Below are positions 1-8,857 of a stretch of DNA of 64,000 bases, one piece after another (within the stretch, counting starts at the first letter, position 1; each line of letters opens with the position of its first letter). The notes under the pieces were generated by a model that saw nothing but the letters and a program-made list of their open reading frames with translations, made no database searches and was not told the DNA's origin. The stretch is taken from the sequence record PZ386970.1, one strand, 5' to 3'. Source of the DNA: a phage. Both the position numbers and the translations under genes were made by a program.

Positions 1-36
1 TTATTTTGGGCTCTTTTTCAAAAGCCCTGGTAAAAT

Positions 37-252
37 TTACAAACTCATTTCTTTAATAAGGCCAATAAGTTTTGCCTTTTTAGAACGAAGCTTTTCTAAA
101 TGATATCCGTTTGAACCGCGAACAACTAAAGAATTGATTTCAACTTCTAAGAAATTTAATTCTTCAACAAGTGCTTTACGGGGAGCATTCATACCAGGTT
201 TAGCTTTACCGAAACGAGTAGTTGTGTTTTGGGTTAATTTCATTTTAGACAT
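37..252 (-). CDS. hypothetical small basic protein (71 aa)
   Basis: ATG ORF directly downstream of an early-type promoter (281-320); no recognisable family. Confidence 0.45.
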   Translation of the reverse strand: MSKMKLTQNTTTRFGKAKPGMNAPRKALVEELNFLEVEINSLVVRGSNGYHLEKLRSKKAKLIGLIKEMSL

Positions 253-280
253 TTTATTTCTCCAATTTGGTTGTTTTGTT

Positions 281-320
281 TTGATAGGTCTATAATATCA
301 TGTTTGAAGCACATGTAAAC
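281..320 (-). promoter_or_regulatory. early-type sigma70 promoter (family A): GTTTACA-N17-TGnTATTAT followed by AGACCTATCAAAAC
   Basis: minus strand reads GTTTACA, 17-nt spacer, extended -10 TGATATTAT; same 40-bp architecture recurs >15 times upstream of minus-strand starts. Confidence 0.6.
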
Positions 321-340
321 TGTTTTGTGAGAAAAATGCA

Positions 341-361
341 CAAAAGGGAGCCGAAGCTCCC
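341..361 (-). terminator. UUCG-tetraloop hairpin (GGGAGC-UUCG-GCUCCC) plus short U run, 3' of gene 52
   Basis: perfect 6-bp stem with UUCG loop on the minus-strand transcript, followed by UUUUG. Confidence 0.5.
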
Positions 362-437
362 TAATCATGTTTGTCCAACCAATACAACCAAATCACTAGT
401 GCAGCTATTGCACCGAGAAATCCTAAGGCTAGGGCAC

Positions 438-1763
438 TCAAAGTGCCTCCAAGTCTTTAGTGTACTCTGTCACAACATCAGTAGACTTCCAATACTCATT
501 TTCTTCTTTCTTAGCTTTAGCTTCTTCTGCTAGTTTACGTGCTTCGTCAGAAGTGATATGGAAGATGTTAAGACCTACCAGCTTATCGACATGTTCTTTA
601 TACATTTCTATTTGTGCTAGCTCTTCAGTCAAAGCTTTACGAGTCTTGCCTTGAATCACAATTTCGCCACTGATAACTTTTTTGATGAAGTGTGCCTTAG
701 CAAAAGCCAGTTTAAATGCTTTTTCAGATTCAAGAATTTTGTTGTCGATACGTTTCTGAACGTAAGTCTTACGGACTTCAACAAAATCTTTGATTAAGTC
801 TACTACATTATCGTAGACCGCTAATTTACCTTTTTCATTAATCACTGTGATGTTTTGTGAACGACGTTCGATGAGACTAAAATCTTTCATGATTTTTTCA
901 TGACGTAGCTCTTCATCGTCTGGAAGCGAGTACTCTTTACGGAACTTCACCTTAAACCCAAAGCCGTGTTCACCACAATCATCTTCCCATGAGATTAGAC
1001 CTTTGTCTTCCAACGGGTCAAGAACCTTACTCACATACGTTTCACGGTCGAATTTATATGGTATTTCAGTTATCTGCATTTGAGTACGAGATGTGAACTT
1101 ATATGTTCCGTGAATCTCATAACGCCCATCAACTTCATGCACTTCACCACGGAATTCTGGGAATTCAACTTTTGGCTTAGCGACATTTTTACCTTGAAGA
1201 GCTTGTAATACAGCCTTTTTGACAGATTTAAAACTATGAGGCAGAATATTTGTTGCGTAACCGGTTGCAATACCAGAGACACCATTCAAAAGAACTGTCG
1301 GAATAATAGGAAGATAGAATTTTGGTGGAACGTGTTCTTTATCTTCATGAGCTGGAGCATATTCAGTATCTTTATAGACATTATAGAAATTTTTACTTAC
1401 ACGAGCAAAAATATAACGAGATGCTGCAGCTTTTTGGACTGTTCGAGAACCAAAGTTGCCTTGACCATCTAATAGTGGATAGTTGTTATTCCATGTGTTA
1501 GCCATCAATGCACCTGCATCTTGTGCAGAAGATTCACCATGGTGATAACCTAAATCTGCAACACCGCCTGCAATTGACGCAAGTTTATGAAATTTTTCTT
1601 TATTACCACGAGCCAAATCTAATGCACGATGAACCACAAAACGTTGAACCGGCTTAAATCCATCAATCATATTTGGGATTGCACGGTTTTCAACGGTGTA
1701 CATCGCATATGCTAAGGCTTCGTTATCAATAATACTTTTTAGATTACGAGAATTCAATTGCAT
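438..1763 (-). CDS. 52: DNA topoisomerase II medium subunit (GyrA-like), gp52
   Basis: 441 aa; N-terminus MQLNSRNLKSIIDNEALAYAMYTVENRAIPNMIDGFKPVQR matches T4 gp52; synteny ndd-52. Confidence 0.9.
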   Translation of the reverse strand: MQLNSRNLKSIIDNEALAYAMYTVENRAIPNMIDGFKPVQRFVVHRALDLARGNKEKFHKLASIAGGVADLGYHHGESSAQDAGALMANTWNNNYPLLDGQGNFGSRTVQKAAASRYIFARVSKNFYNVYKDTEYAPAHEDKEHVPPKFYLPIIPTVLLNGVSGIATGYATNILPHSFKSVKKAVLQALQGKNVAKPKVEFPEFRGEVHEVDGRYEIHGTYKFTSRTQMQITEIPYKFDRETYVSKVLDPLEDKGLISWEDDCGEHGFGFKVKFRKEYSLPDDEELRHEKIMKDFSLIERRSQNITVINEKGKLAVYDNVVDLIKDFVEVRKTYVQKRIDNKILESEKAFKLAFAKAHFIKKVISGEIVIQGKTRKALTEELAQIEMYKEHVDKLVGLNIFHITSDEARKLAEEAKAKKEENEYWKSTDVVTEYTKDLEAL

Positions 1764-1767
1764 ATTT

Positions 1768-1908
1768 TCACCATATTAATGAACGAATATCCATTATAAC
1801 ATCTGAAATGAAAAGCACTACTTGGATTAGTCCAAACATCACACCGTAGTACAGAACCGTAAGCAACAACAAGAGCCCGAAGGCTCCTGCTAAGATTTTC
1901 TTAATCAT
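1768..1908 (-). CDS. small hydrophobic membrane protein (46 aa)
   Basis: manual translation MIKKILAGAFGLLLLLTVLYYGV...; start overlaps upstream stop (TAATG); occupies the T4 ac/stp slot. Confidence 0.3.
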   Translation of the reverse strand: MIKKILAGAFGLLLLLTVLYYGVMFGLIQVVLFISDVIMDIRSLIW

Positions 1909-2054
1909 TACTCGCCTTTTAGCACGTTAATAAGAGCTAAGACCGCTAAGGTACCTTGTGATACGGCCTGTTGAAATACTGTTGTTTCGCCTGTAACTAA
2001 AGTGTTAACGAATAAAAACGACCAACACAGCAATGCAATAATCCATGCTACCAT
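1908..2054 (-). CDS. small hydrophobic membrane protein (48 aa)
   Basis: manual translation MVAWIIALLCWSFLFVNTLVTGETTV...; below ORF-track size cut-off; ac/stp slot. Confidence 0.3.
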   Translation of the reverse strand: MVAWIIALLCWSFLFVNTLVTGETTVFQQAVSQGTLAVLALINVLKGE

Positions 2055-2070
2055 TTTAATTACCTCAAAA

Positions 2071-2100
2071 ATAAATTAAAGGCCCTATTAAGTTGGGCCT
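2071..2100 (-). terminator. hairpin (GGCCC...GGGCC) followed by U-rich tract, 3' of ndd
   Basis: inverted repeat with U-rich downstream sequence on minus strand. Confidence 0.35.
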
Positions 2101-2107
2101 GTATAAA

Positions 2108-2554
2108 TTAGTAACTCTGCAGAATGAATTTGAAATTATCAGCCAGAAGACGGTTCATTTCAGTGAGTGTTTGATATTCTGATGTATGGTTGCGAGTGAA
2201 TGCCAGAGCCAATTGACCTTTACCATAACCAGTGGTCAGTGGTTTCATGTTCTTAGCTGCAACAAAGATTACATCATATTCAATATTGTTAGTGCCCATG
2301 GTACGGGCTAGTTGCGAACGGCCTTGACGAATGTGAGAAAGAATTGCATCCAACCCTTGTTTAGAACGTTGACGTCCTACAAAGAATCGTGCTGCTACTT
2401 GTCGCCAATCAGATGAACCTTTAACGAAGAAGTAAAAACCTTCACGAGAACGAAACTCTTTAGAAACTTCAGAACCGTATTCGCCATTACGAACTACTGC
2501 AACAACTTCACCGCCAACTGCCAGAAGGTCTTTACGAGTTAAATATTTGGACAT
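2108..2554 (-). CDS. ndd: nucleoid disruption protein Ndd
   Basis: 148 aa; FYVGxQRSKQG...LSHIRQxRSQLART...[21 protein letters not shown]...EMNRxLADNFKF matches remembered T4 Ndd. Confidence 0.8.
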   Translation of the reverse strand: MSKYLTRKDLLAVGGEVVAVVRNGEYGSEVSKEFRSREGFYFFVKGSSDWRQVAARFFVGRQRSKQGLDAILSHIRQGRSQLARTMGTNNIEYDVIFVAAKNMKPLTTGYGKGQLALAFTRNHTSEYQTLTEMNRLLADNFKFILQSY

Positions 2555-2630
2555 GCTAATTTCCTCAATTGATTAATGTTTTTGTAATCCATGAGAGCAT
2601 TATACTCTGCTCTCAAGAGTTTGTACAATT

Positions 2631-2831
2631 TTATTCGGCTATATCAGAACGTTCAAAAAGCTCTTCAACAGTTAAACATTCAGTGTCATCTTCAATAAAG
2701 AATCGAGTCCAACACGTTGGGGCGATACAGTTATGAGTTTGTCCGGCGATAGAAGCTACACGAATAAGCTGCTGACCATTATTCAGAACAAATTTTTCAC
2801 CAATTTCAACATCTTTAAAAAGCTTAGCCAT
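2631..2831 (-). CDS. hypothetical protein (66 aa)
   Basis: ATG ORF with family A promoter immediately upstream. Confidence 0.45.
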   Translation of the reverse strand: MAKLFKDVEIGEKFVLNNGQQLIRVASIAGQTHNCIAPTCWTRFFIEDDTECLTVEELFERSDIAE

Positions 2832-2847
2832 TTTGTATTCCTCGTGT

Positions 2848-2889
2848 TTTGATAGGTCTACTATACCATAATCCTACCGTGATGTAAAC
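2848..2889 (-). promoter_or_regulatory. early-type promoter (family A)
   Basis: GTTTACA, 18-nt spacer, TATAGT, then AGACCTATCAAAACA on minus strand. Confidence 0.55.
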
Positions 2890-3081
2890 AATTAAATTAC
2901 ATTAAAATACGTTAAAGCCAACCATGTTCCAGTGAACGAACATGCGATGTAAAAACCCGTATCACAAATTGTTCTTAGTACAATAAGAAGTGCATTTTTC
3001 ATAAGTACCTCAATGCAATTGAAAATATTATACAAATCATAGGGATACTAAGCAACCATATTCCGATCCACATTTTAGAAC

Positions 3082-3345
3082 TCATATCTCAACTTCCGCG
3101 AGTTCCATATATCCTTTGTTGATAACCTCTTTAAGGTCTTTAGAAAGAATAACATTAAAATGGTCGTTCATATGCCCGTTAACCAGACGAGTTATTTCGG
3201 CTTCAGATGACATATAAGGCACGTCTGAGTCCCAATGAGATAGACCTAAATGAGTATAAATCATCCCTTCGTCATCTGCGGTGTTGTACATTGAAACAAA
3301 CTCACCAGTCACTTTATGTTTTGCGTAGAAAAATTTAAATTTCAT
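3082..3345 (-). CDS. hypothetical protein (87 aa)
   Basis: ATG ORF with family A promoter upstream. Confidence 0.45.
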   Translation of the reverse strand: MKFKFFYAKHKVTGEFVSMYNTADDEGMIYTHLGLSHWDSDVPYMSSEAEITRLVNGHMNDHFNVILSKDLKEVINKGYMELAEVEI

Positions 3346-3361
3346 GGTGTTATCCTCTTTT

Positions 3362-3401
3362 AGATAGGACTACTATATCATAGACCTACTTAGGTGTAAA
3401 C
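3362..3401 (-). promoter_or_regulatory. early-type promoter (family A)
   Basis: GTTTACA, 18-nt spacer, TATAGT, then AGTCCTATCTAAAAG. Confidence 0.55.
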
Positions 3402-3413
3402 ACTTTTATGAAA

Positions 3414-3971
3414 TTAAAGATGAAGATACCACCCGTTGTAGTTGCTCTTGCGGACGATTTTCTTTAGGTCTTCATGGTCTCCCACAAACTTTATAGAATA
3501 AGAGAAGACGTCAGGTGAGGTTTCTTTGACATCTAATATAATAATGCAATCTGCGACTCGATGGTTCAAGAAGGGCCCTATATTGATTCCATTACCACCC
3601 GGATAATCACCACTGTATCCTGTGGTAACCGAAATCCATTTAGAATCTATCTGGTGTGTCTTGACTTCGACACGCAGCCCGCAGTATTTAGGATGAGCTA
3701 ACACGTCCCATGCATACGTGTACGGGTCTTCTACGTCTTCAATACCTTTATTAACATATCCGTCTAGCCAATTTGCTACTACATACTCGGCAAAGACTGC
3801 AACCTTACAACGTCGAACTACGTCTTCTTTTATTTGACCTGGATCTTGTTTCAACGAGTACCGAGCGGTATCAGCGATCTTCACCTTCATTTCGCTAGTC
3901 AAAAACTCATTCGACAGGATAAATGTCGGAAGATTCTTCAGTCTCAACAGCCCCAAGTTCGTCTTTACCAT
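3414..3971 (-). CDS. hypothetical protein in the T4 denB (endonuclease IV) slot, 185 aa if started at MVKTNLG
   Basis: position downstream of rIIB; GAGG RBS 5 nt before the internal ATG; length equals T4 DenB from memory; no motif verified. Confidence 0.35.
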   Translation of the reverse strand: MVKTNLGLLRLKNLPTFILSNEFLTSEMKVKIADTARYSLKQDPGQIKEDVVRRCKVAVFAEYVVANWLDGYVNKGIEDVEDPYTYAWDVLAHPKYCGLRVEVKTHQIDSKWISVTTGYSGDYPGGNGINIGPFLNHRVADCIIILDVKETSPDVFSYSIKFVGDHEDLKKIVRKSNYNGWYLHL

Positions 3972-4194
3972 AGATACCTCTGATGTGTAGTTCGCCAAAA
4001 TAAATGCGGTCACCTTCTTCAAGATATTCTGCATCTACAGGCGGAATTTCAATAACAACTTCGTCGCATTCTAACCAGCCGTAGTGTGCGTCGCCAGGAT
4101 GTTTTACCAATTTAGCGCAATAAACTGATTTACACTTATGATGACCACGAAGATTAGCAATTTTGGATTCTGATACGTCAAATGGATGAATCAT
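3907..4194 (-). CDS. hypothetical protein (95 aa from MIHPFDVSE), His/Cys-containing
   Basis: ORF begins just after the rIIB terminator with an AGGGG RBS; 3' end overlaps the next ORF by 65 nt. Confidence 0.3.
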   Translation of the reverse strand: MIHPFDVSESKIANLRGHHKCKSVYCAKLVKHPGDAHYGWLECDEVVIEIPPVDAEYLEEGDRIYFGELHIRGIYGKDELGAVETEESSDIYPVE

Positions 4195-4205
4195 AATTAC
4201 CCCTA

Positions 4206-4232
4206 AAGAAAAAAAAGGGGACCGAAGTCCCC
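4206..4232 (-). terminator. strong rho-independent terminator (GGGGAC-UUCG-GUCCCC plus U8) 3' of rIIB
   Basis: perfect 6-bp GC-rich stem, UUCG loop, followed by UUUUUUUUC on the minus strand. Confidence 0.7.
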
Positions 4233-4237
4233 AATTA

Positions 4238-5185
4238 TTATTCTGCAAATAATTCAGTAACGTCTGAAATTACTTCATAACGACAAGTACGCATCTTAGC
4301 ATCACCATAGTCAACTGGGATGGATACAACATCACGCGGATGAACTTTAACCTTAACAACTTTATCTGAGCTAGAACCAAAGTAACGAATATATGATTTA
4401 GCGCAAACATGTAGACCACGGGAGCAGGTTTGAGTATCATCATCGTTAACACGAGTACGAGGCATTGAAACAACTTTACCTGGTGAGTTATCAAATGTAC
4501 CACTATAACAGTCTAAATAGTCCTTACGAACTACTTTCCATGCATAGAAATGTCCATCTTCAGTGATTTCAATGTCATTTGCAACCAAGAAGTCGAATAA
4601 ACGTTGTACAGCTTTTTCGCTTGGGTTTTCTAACAGGTTTTCAAGGAACGGCAGATAGAATTTAAAGTCTTCACCTTTTTCCATGGAATCAATAATACGA
4701 TTAACCAGTCCTGAACGAATTTCTATACCTTGATAAAATAAACTACCACCTTCAATAGTAACATTACCGTCAACAAACTTACTAATAGCTTTCTTGATGT
4801 TAATAAGTTCGACAGCTTTACTAAGGTTTCCTGCGACCAGATTAGCTTTAATTTCTTCAAAATTTGCATGACTTGATGGGGTCGCATTGTATGCTACGCG
4901 TCCTTCAATAATTGAAATAAATTTAGATGACGCGTTCCATACGATTTCAGGACGATGTCCGCCGATAATAGGTTCATCATTTTCTGGAACTTCTTCGATT
5001 ACATAAGAGGCATCGTTTGCTTCAGGGACAACGCCTTCTGCTTTAAAATTCTTAACAATCTTACGAAGAGTATCTGTTGAAATGTCGAAGTAATCGGCAA
5101 TTTCTTTACGAGTCCATTTGCCTGATTCAACCAGGCCGTAAGCTTCTAACTGTTCTTCTTGGGACAAGCATTTGATATTGTACAT
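4238..5185 (-). CDS. rIIB: rIIB protein
   Basis: 315 aa, N-terminus MYNIKCL...; immediately downstream of rIIA as in T4. Confidence 0.8.
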   Translation of the reverse strand: MYNIKCLSQEEQLEAYGLVESGKWTRKEIADYFDISTDTLRKIVKNFKAEGVVPEANDASYVIEEVPENDEPIIGGHRPEIVWNASSKFISIIEGRVAYNATPSSHANFEEIKANLVAGNLSKAVELINIKKAISKFVDGNVTIEGGSLFYQGIEIRSGLVNRIIDSMEKGEDFKFYLPFLENLLENPSEKAVQRLFDFLVANDIEITEDGHFYAWKVVRKDYLDCYSGTFDNSPGKVVSMPRTRVNDDDTQTCSRGLHVCAKSYIRYFGSSSDKVVKVKVHPRDVVSIPVDYGDAKMRTCRYEVISDVTELFAE

Positions 5186-5194
5186 AATGTTTCC

Positions 5195-7408
5195 TTATTT
5201 GGCTGCTTCCACAGCCTTCATGAATTTAACGATTTGAGCGACCTGTTCTTTGGAAAGAGTACCACGTCGTCCCATGTATTCTGACACAATATGATAATTG
5301 GTTTCGAATTCAATAACCATTTTATCATCATTATCGTAAGCATTATCTTTAAGCTTATCGAAAATTTTAGCACACAATTCTAACTTCCTGTTCAGGTCTG
5401 TATTAGTAGCACCTGCGAATCGATTCCATCCCCAACGATTATTTACTGTTGAGAGTTTTGCAAAGTCTTTACTGATTTCTTTGTTCTTAGAGCTAAAATA
5501 CTTACTAAGGAAATTAAGCTCTTCATTACGAGTAATATGATTCAAATAAGGCTGTGCTCTACGACTTGGTGATACATACTCATCATAATCTACTTTATCG
5601 ATTAGCATAATATAGTCATTAATTGATTTTTCAAACAAACATTCTACTTCACCGAGTTTACGAACTTTCTTAGCAATCTGTGGGCGGACTACAGTGAACT
5701 CTTTAATACCTGACAAATCGGCAATACGGGTCAAGAAATTAGAGTCATAGTTCAACCAACCTTTATCTGCGTCAAGACATTCAGCATTAGAACGATTACG
5801 AACTATAGCATAACCTTGGATTTCATCAGCTTCACTCGCTGGAATAAAGAGATCTTCTGATACCCAAACATCGTTTTCATTCTTAAAGAACCGATGAGCA
5901 CTTGGGGATTTAGGACGAGGCTCATTAGTCCGTTTCCTGACTTCAATCCATGGCTTAACGATTTGTAAAAGCTCTGAAGTCTTGTACATGTTAATGTTGT
6001 CGCCATCAAAGATAACTTTAAGGCGTTCCAGAAGTTTCATTGCATCTTCGTCTGTAGGGTCAACGAATAGTACGCTTTTACCAAAACCACGTGGAACTTT
6101 ACCTGATAATTTAACCTCGTCTTTAGACATTTCAATTGAATTAAGAGCTCGCATTAATGGAACGCGTCCCTTAACGTCGTCAATAACAATTTCAACGTTT
6201 TTAATGTTAATGCCGATCAGGCTGTTAATTGAAATGGTTGATGATGAGCTACCACTTTCACGAATACGACGAAGACGAGGAGATTCAACGATATCGTATA
6301 CGACGCCAAGATTACACCACTCAGGCCCCATTTTAAAACGTTTGTACAACTCAGAATAAGTTAGTTGTTCTTTAGAGTATTTCAGTGATTCAATATTAGA
6401 CCCAGCCTTTTCCATGTATTTACGAGCGGTATAGCCAAGAGAATCAATTTCGCGGAACACATGACGTGGGTATTTACAATCAATCCATTTCTTAGAATCT
6501 TCAGCGAACAATTTAGCATCGATTTCTGCAACGCGTTTATGGATATTTGCTACTGTACGTTTATCAAATGACAATGCTTCACGAGACGGGGCTACATCTA
6601 GTTCACCCATAGGGAATTTAATATAAGCTGTAGTGCATCGCGTCATCATCCATGTTTGTTCTTTAATAACACTTCCGATTGGATATACAATGCCGCCATA
6701 AACAGCCATGATATTACCACGTTCACCCCATGGAGCTTCCTTGGCTAAATAAACATCATCGAATTCCGGGAAGTATTTGATATCTTTAACACCACGAACT
6801 TCTGCAATATCGCCGAGAGGACGCATAACATAAGCAATTTCGGATGCAAACTTTTCAAAATCTTCCGGGTTAACCGGTACAACTACTTCTACACCCGTAC
6901 GGTCATCAGGACCCATCTTATCTACAAAGGTCGGCTTAATCTGTGGACCACTGTCATCTTGATAAATTACATAACCACGAACTTCACCATTATGATAAGA
7001 CGTAAGGTTAAACGTATCAGTATATGCTAATGGAGCTTTAGAGCCGAGTCCGAATCCACCAATGAAATCGTTACTCGATGTTTTAGTTGAAGCAAAATAT
7101 GAGTTATAAATTCCTGGCTCTTCGTCATTACCACGAATAGTGAAATCACTCATACCCGGACCAAAGTCTCGAACTACAAAACGTGGGTCTAAACGACCTG
7201 GAGCCTGAACAATAAACTTATCAGTGCAACCATTAAGAATTTGCCCATCAATACAGTTTGTGATTAATTCACGTACACAAGCCAATTCTTTGTTTGTATA
7301 AAGGTCATTAGACAAAATCTTATAAACTTTGCTATTGCCTTGAATAGTGAATGCTGTGCTCTTACCGCCTGAACCAATAATCGTTTCTTTAGCCGTTTCG
7401 ATAATCAT
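5195..7408 (-). CDS. rIIA: rIIA protein
   Basis: 737 aa, size and position between 39 and rIIB as in T4. Confidence 0.8.
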   Translation of the reverse strand: MIIETAKETIIGSGGKSTAFTIQGNSKVYKILSNDLYTNKELACVRELITNCIDGQILNGCTDKFIVQAPGRLDPRFVVRDFGPGMSDFTIRGNDEEPGIYNSYFASTKTSSNDFIGGFGLGSKAPLAYTDTFNLTSYHNGEVRGYVIYQDDSGPQIKPTFVDKMGPDDRTGVEVVVPVNPEDFEKFASEIAYVMRPLGDIAEVRGVKDIKYFPEFDDVYLAKEAPWGERGNIMAVYGGIVYPIGSVIKEQTWMMTRCTTAYIKFPMGELDVAPSREALSFDKRTVANIHKRVAEIDAKLFAEDSKKWIDCKYPRHVFREIDSLGYTARKYMEKAGSNIESLKYSKEQLTYSELYKRFKMGPEWCNLGVVYDIVESPRLRRIRESGSSSSTISINSLIGINIKNVEIVIDDVKGRVPLMRALNSIEMSKDEVKLSGKVPRGFGKSVLFVDPTDEDAMKLLERLKVIFDGDNINMYKTSELLQIVKPWIEVRKRTNEPRPKSPSAHRFFKNENDVWVSEDLFIPASEADEIQGYAIVRNRSNAECLDADKGWLNYDSNFLTRIADLSGIKEFTVVRPQIAKKVRKLGEVECLFEKSINDYIMLIDKVDYDEYVSPSRRAQPYLNHITRNEELNFLSKYFSSKNKEISKDFAKLSTVNNRWGWNRFAGATNTDLNRKLELCAKIFDKLKDNAYDNDDKMVIEFETNYHIVSEYMGRRGTLSKEQVAQIVKFMKAVEAAK

Positions 7409-7420
7409 GTTTTTCTCTCA

Positions 7421-7621
7421 TCACAAGTTACGTTTAAAAATTTCTGCTACTTCAAGAAGTTCTTCTTTAGTAGCTGTGTCGGTTTGTATTTTATATCGAA
7501 TTTCCTTAAAGCGTTCTTTAAAGGCTTCAGCTGATTCGATATCAAAAAATCTTTGGATAAGCCGGAATTCCCGGAGCACTGCTTTATCAAAAAGTTCCAA
7601 GTCCACGTTATATGTTCTCAT
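7421..7621 (-). CDS. hypothetical protein (66 aa), rIIA.1 position
   Basis: ATG ORF MRTYNVDL... with RBS; synteny. Confidence 0.5.
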   Translation of the reverse strand: MRTYNVDLELFDKAVLREFRLIQRFFDIESAEAFKERFKEIRYKIQTDTATKEELLEVAEIFKRNL

Positions 7622-7645
7622 AATATTCTCTTCAGTAGATTCCTA

Positions 7646-7698
7646 GGGCACTATTACTAAAGACCATATAATCTATCATCTTATGTGTAATAGTGCCT
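7646..7698 (-). other. perfect 11-bp inverted repeat (GGCACTATTAC / GTAATAGTGCC) with 29-nt AT-rich loop
   Basis: seen directly in sequence, between the glycosyltransferase stop and the next start codon. Confidence 0.6.
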
Positions 7699-7713
7699 CA
7701 GGCGATTCAGGAT

Positions 7714-8814
7714 TTACGCTGTGAAGATTTTATCCCACATCGCAACAACTGCATCTCGATTATACTTCTTCCATACTGCTTCAGCACGTTTAACTCGAGC
7801 TTCGTATGTGTCAGTGAATTCTAATACAGCTTTTGTGTAAAGCGCAACTACTTCTTTCTTAGGAGTAGAAGAATCAATTTCTACACGCACAGTATCTGGG
7901 TCATATTCGAATGTCGCATGAGGATAATCCTTAAAAACTAACTGGATTACAGGGACACCTTTAGAGATGGCTTCAATAGAACTATTCTCTACCGTACCTG
8001 TGTCAGGACACGTATTAATAAGTGCTTTAGCTGTTTTAAGACGTTCCATAATTTCACTGTGTGGAGCATCAATAATAACAGGATATTTAGCTGGTGGTGC
8101 CCATTTACTAGGACAGTATCCTGCACCATTTTCGCCTAGTGCTTTAATCGCTTCAAGAGCAACATCAGTACGACGCATTTTAGTGTCATAACGTTGTGCA
8201 CTAATAATCAGATCAGTCGCCGGAAGAACTTCAGGTTTCTCATTCAAACAAATAACCGGATAATCTTCGGCTTCAAACAACGGATTTGCTCGCCAATAAT
8301 CATAATCAATTTTGTCAGTCAGTCCCGAAGTCATATAACAATATTTACGTTCAAATTCACGGAAGGCTTTAGTAGGAGCATAACTCTTACCACCATTCTT
8401 ATGAATTTGAATAGTCTGGTCCCAAATTTGAACAATGCCACGAGATACCGGCTCAAATGGTGTTGCCATAAAATTCTTATGAACTTTAGAGAGACCTGCG
8501 TCTTTAATTGCCTGAACGGTTAGTTTGGTCGGTTCCATTGTAACAACGAAATCGTACTCATTAATGCCGGCTAGTTCAACAATCTTACGAGCCATAGTAT
8601 AACTCATACCTAGACTGAATTTAGTCAGATGACCAACAGGATGATGATTAACCTTCCAATCACCAAATGTGTCATTATCAAAGCCGATATAATCAATATC
8701 AGCACCGATGGACACAAGATATTTCAACACATTTAAATGTACTGCTTCAAGACCACCTTGTACACGTTCTGGGTTAAATGGGACTGCGCGAGATGGGATA
8801 AACATAACTTTCAT
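7714..8814 (-). CDS. GT-B fold glycosyltransferase (GT4-like), candidate DNA sugar transferase
   Basis: 366 aa; N-terminus MKVMFIPSRAVPFNPERVQGGLEAV is the GT-B donor-scaffold signature; C-terminal E..SIEAISKGVPVI motif; lies between rIIA and 39. Confidence 0.7.
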   Translation of the reverse strand: MKVMFIPSRAVPFNPERVQGGLEAVHLNVLKYLVSIGADIDYIGFDNDTFGDWKVNHHPVGHLTKFSLGMSYTMARKIVELAGINEYDFVVTMEPTKLTVQAIKDAGLSKVHKNFMATPFEPVSRGIVQIWDQTIQIHKNGGKSYAPTKAFREFERKYCYMTSGLTDKIDYDYWRANPLFEAEDYPVICLNEKPEVLPATDLIISAQRYDTKMRRTDVALEAIKALGENGAGYCPSKWAPPAKYPVIIDAPHSEIMERLKTAKALINTCPDTGTVENSSIEAISKGVPVIQLVFKDYPHATFEYDPDTVRVEIDSSTPKKEVVALYTKAVLEFTDTYEARVKRAEAVWKKYNRDAVVAMWDKIFTA

Positions 8815-8821
8815 AATTAAG

Positions 8822-8857
8822 CCTTATTAAAATTAAAATGAAGCTCCCGAAGGAGCT
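8822..8857 (-). terminator. UUCG-tetraloop hairpin (AGCUCC-UUCG-GGAGCU) plus U-rich tail, overlapping the HNH gene stop
   Basis: stem-loop followed by UCAUUUUAAUUUU on minus strand. Confidence 0.45.

Noticed and set aside
3414-4034. 206-aa long form of the denB-slot ORF
   Set aside because: The longest-ORF start lies deep inside the upstream ORF; an internal ATG with RBS gives a more plausible 185-aa product.
5982-6359. Plus-strand ORFs embedded antisense in long minus-strand genes (for example 5982-6359 in rIIA, 37405-37845 in gene 43, 43347-43835 in gene 46, 28246-28611 in uvsX)
   Set aside because: They lie entirely inside well-supported genes on the opposite strand, have no RBS, and show low-complexity composition typical of antisense frames.
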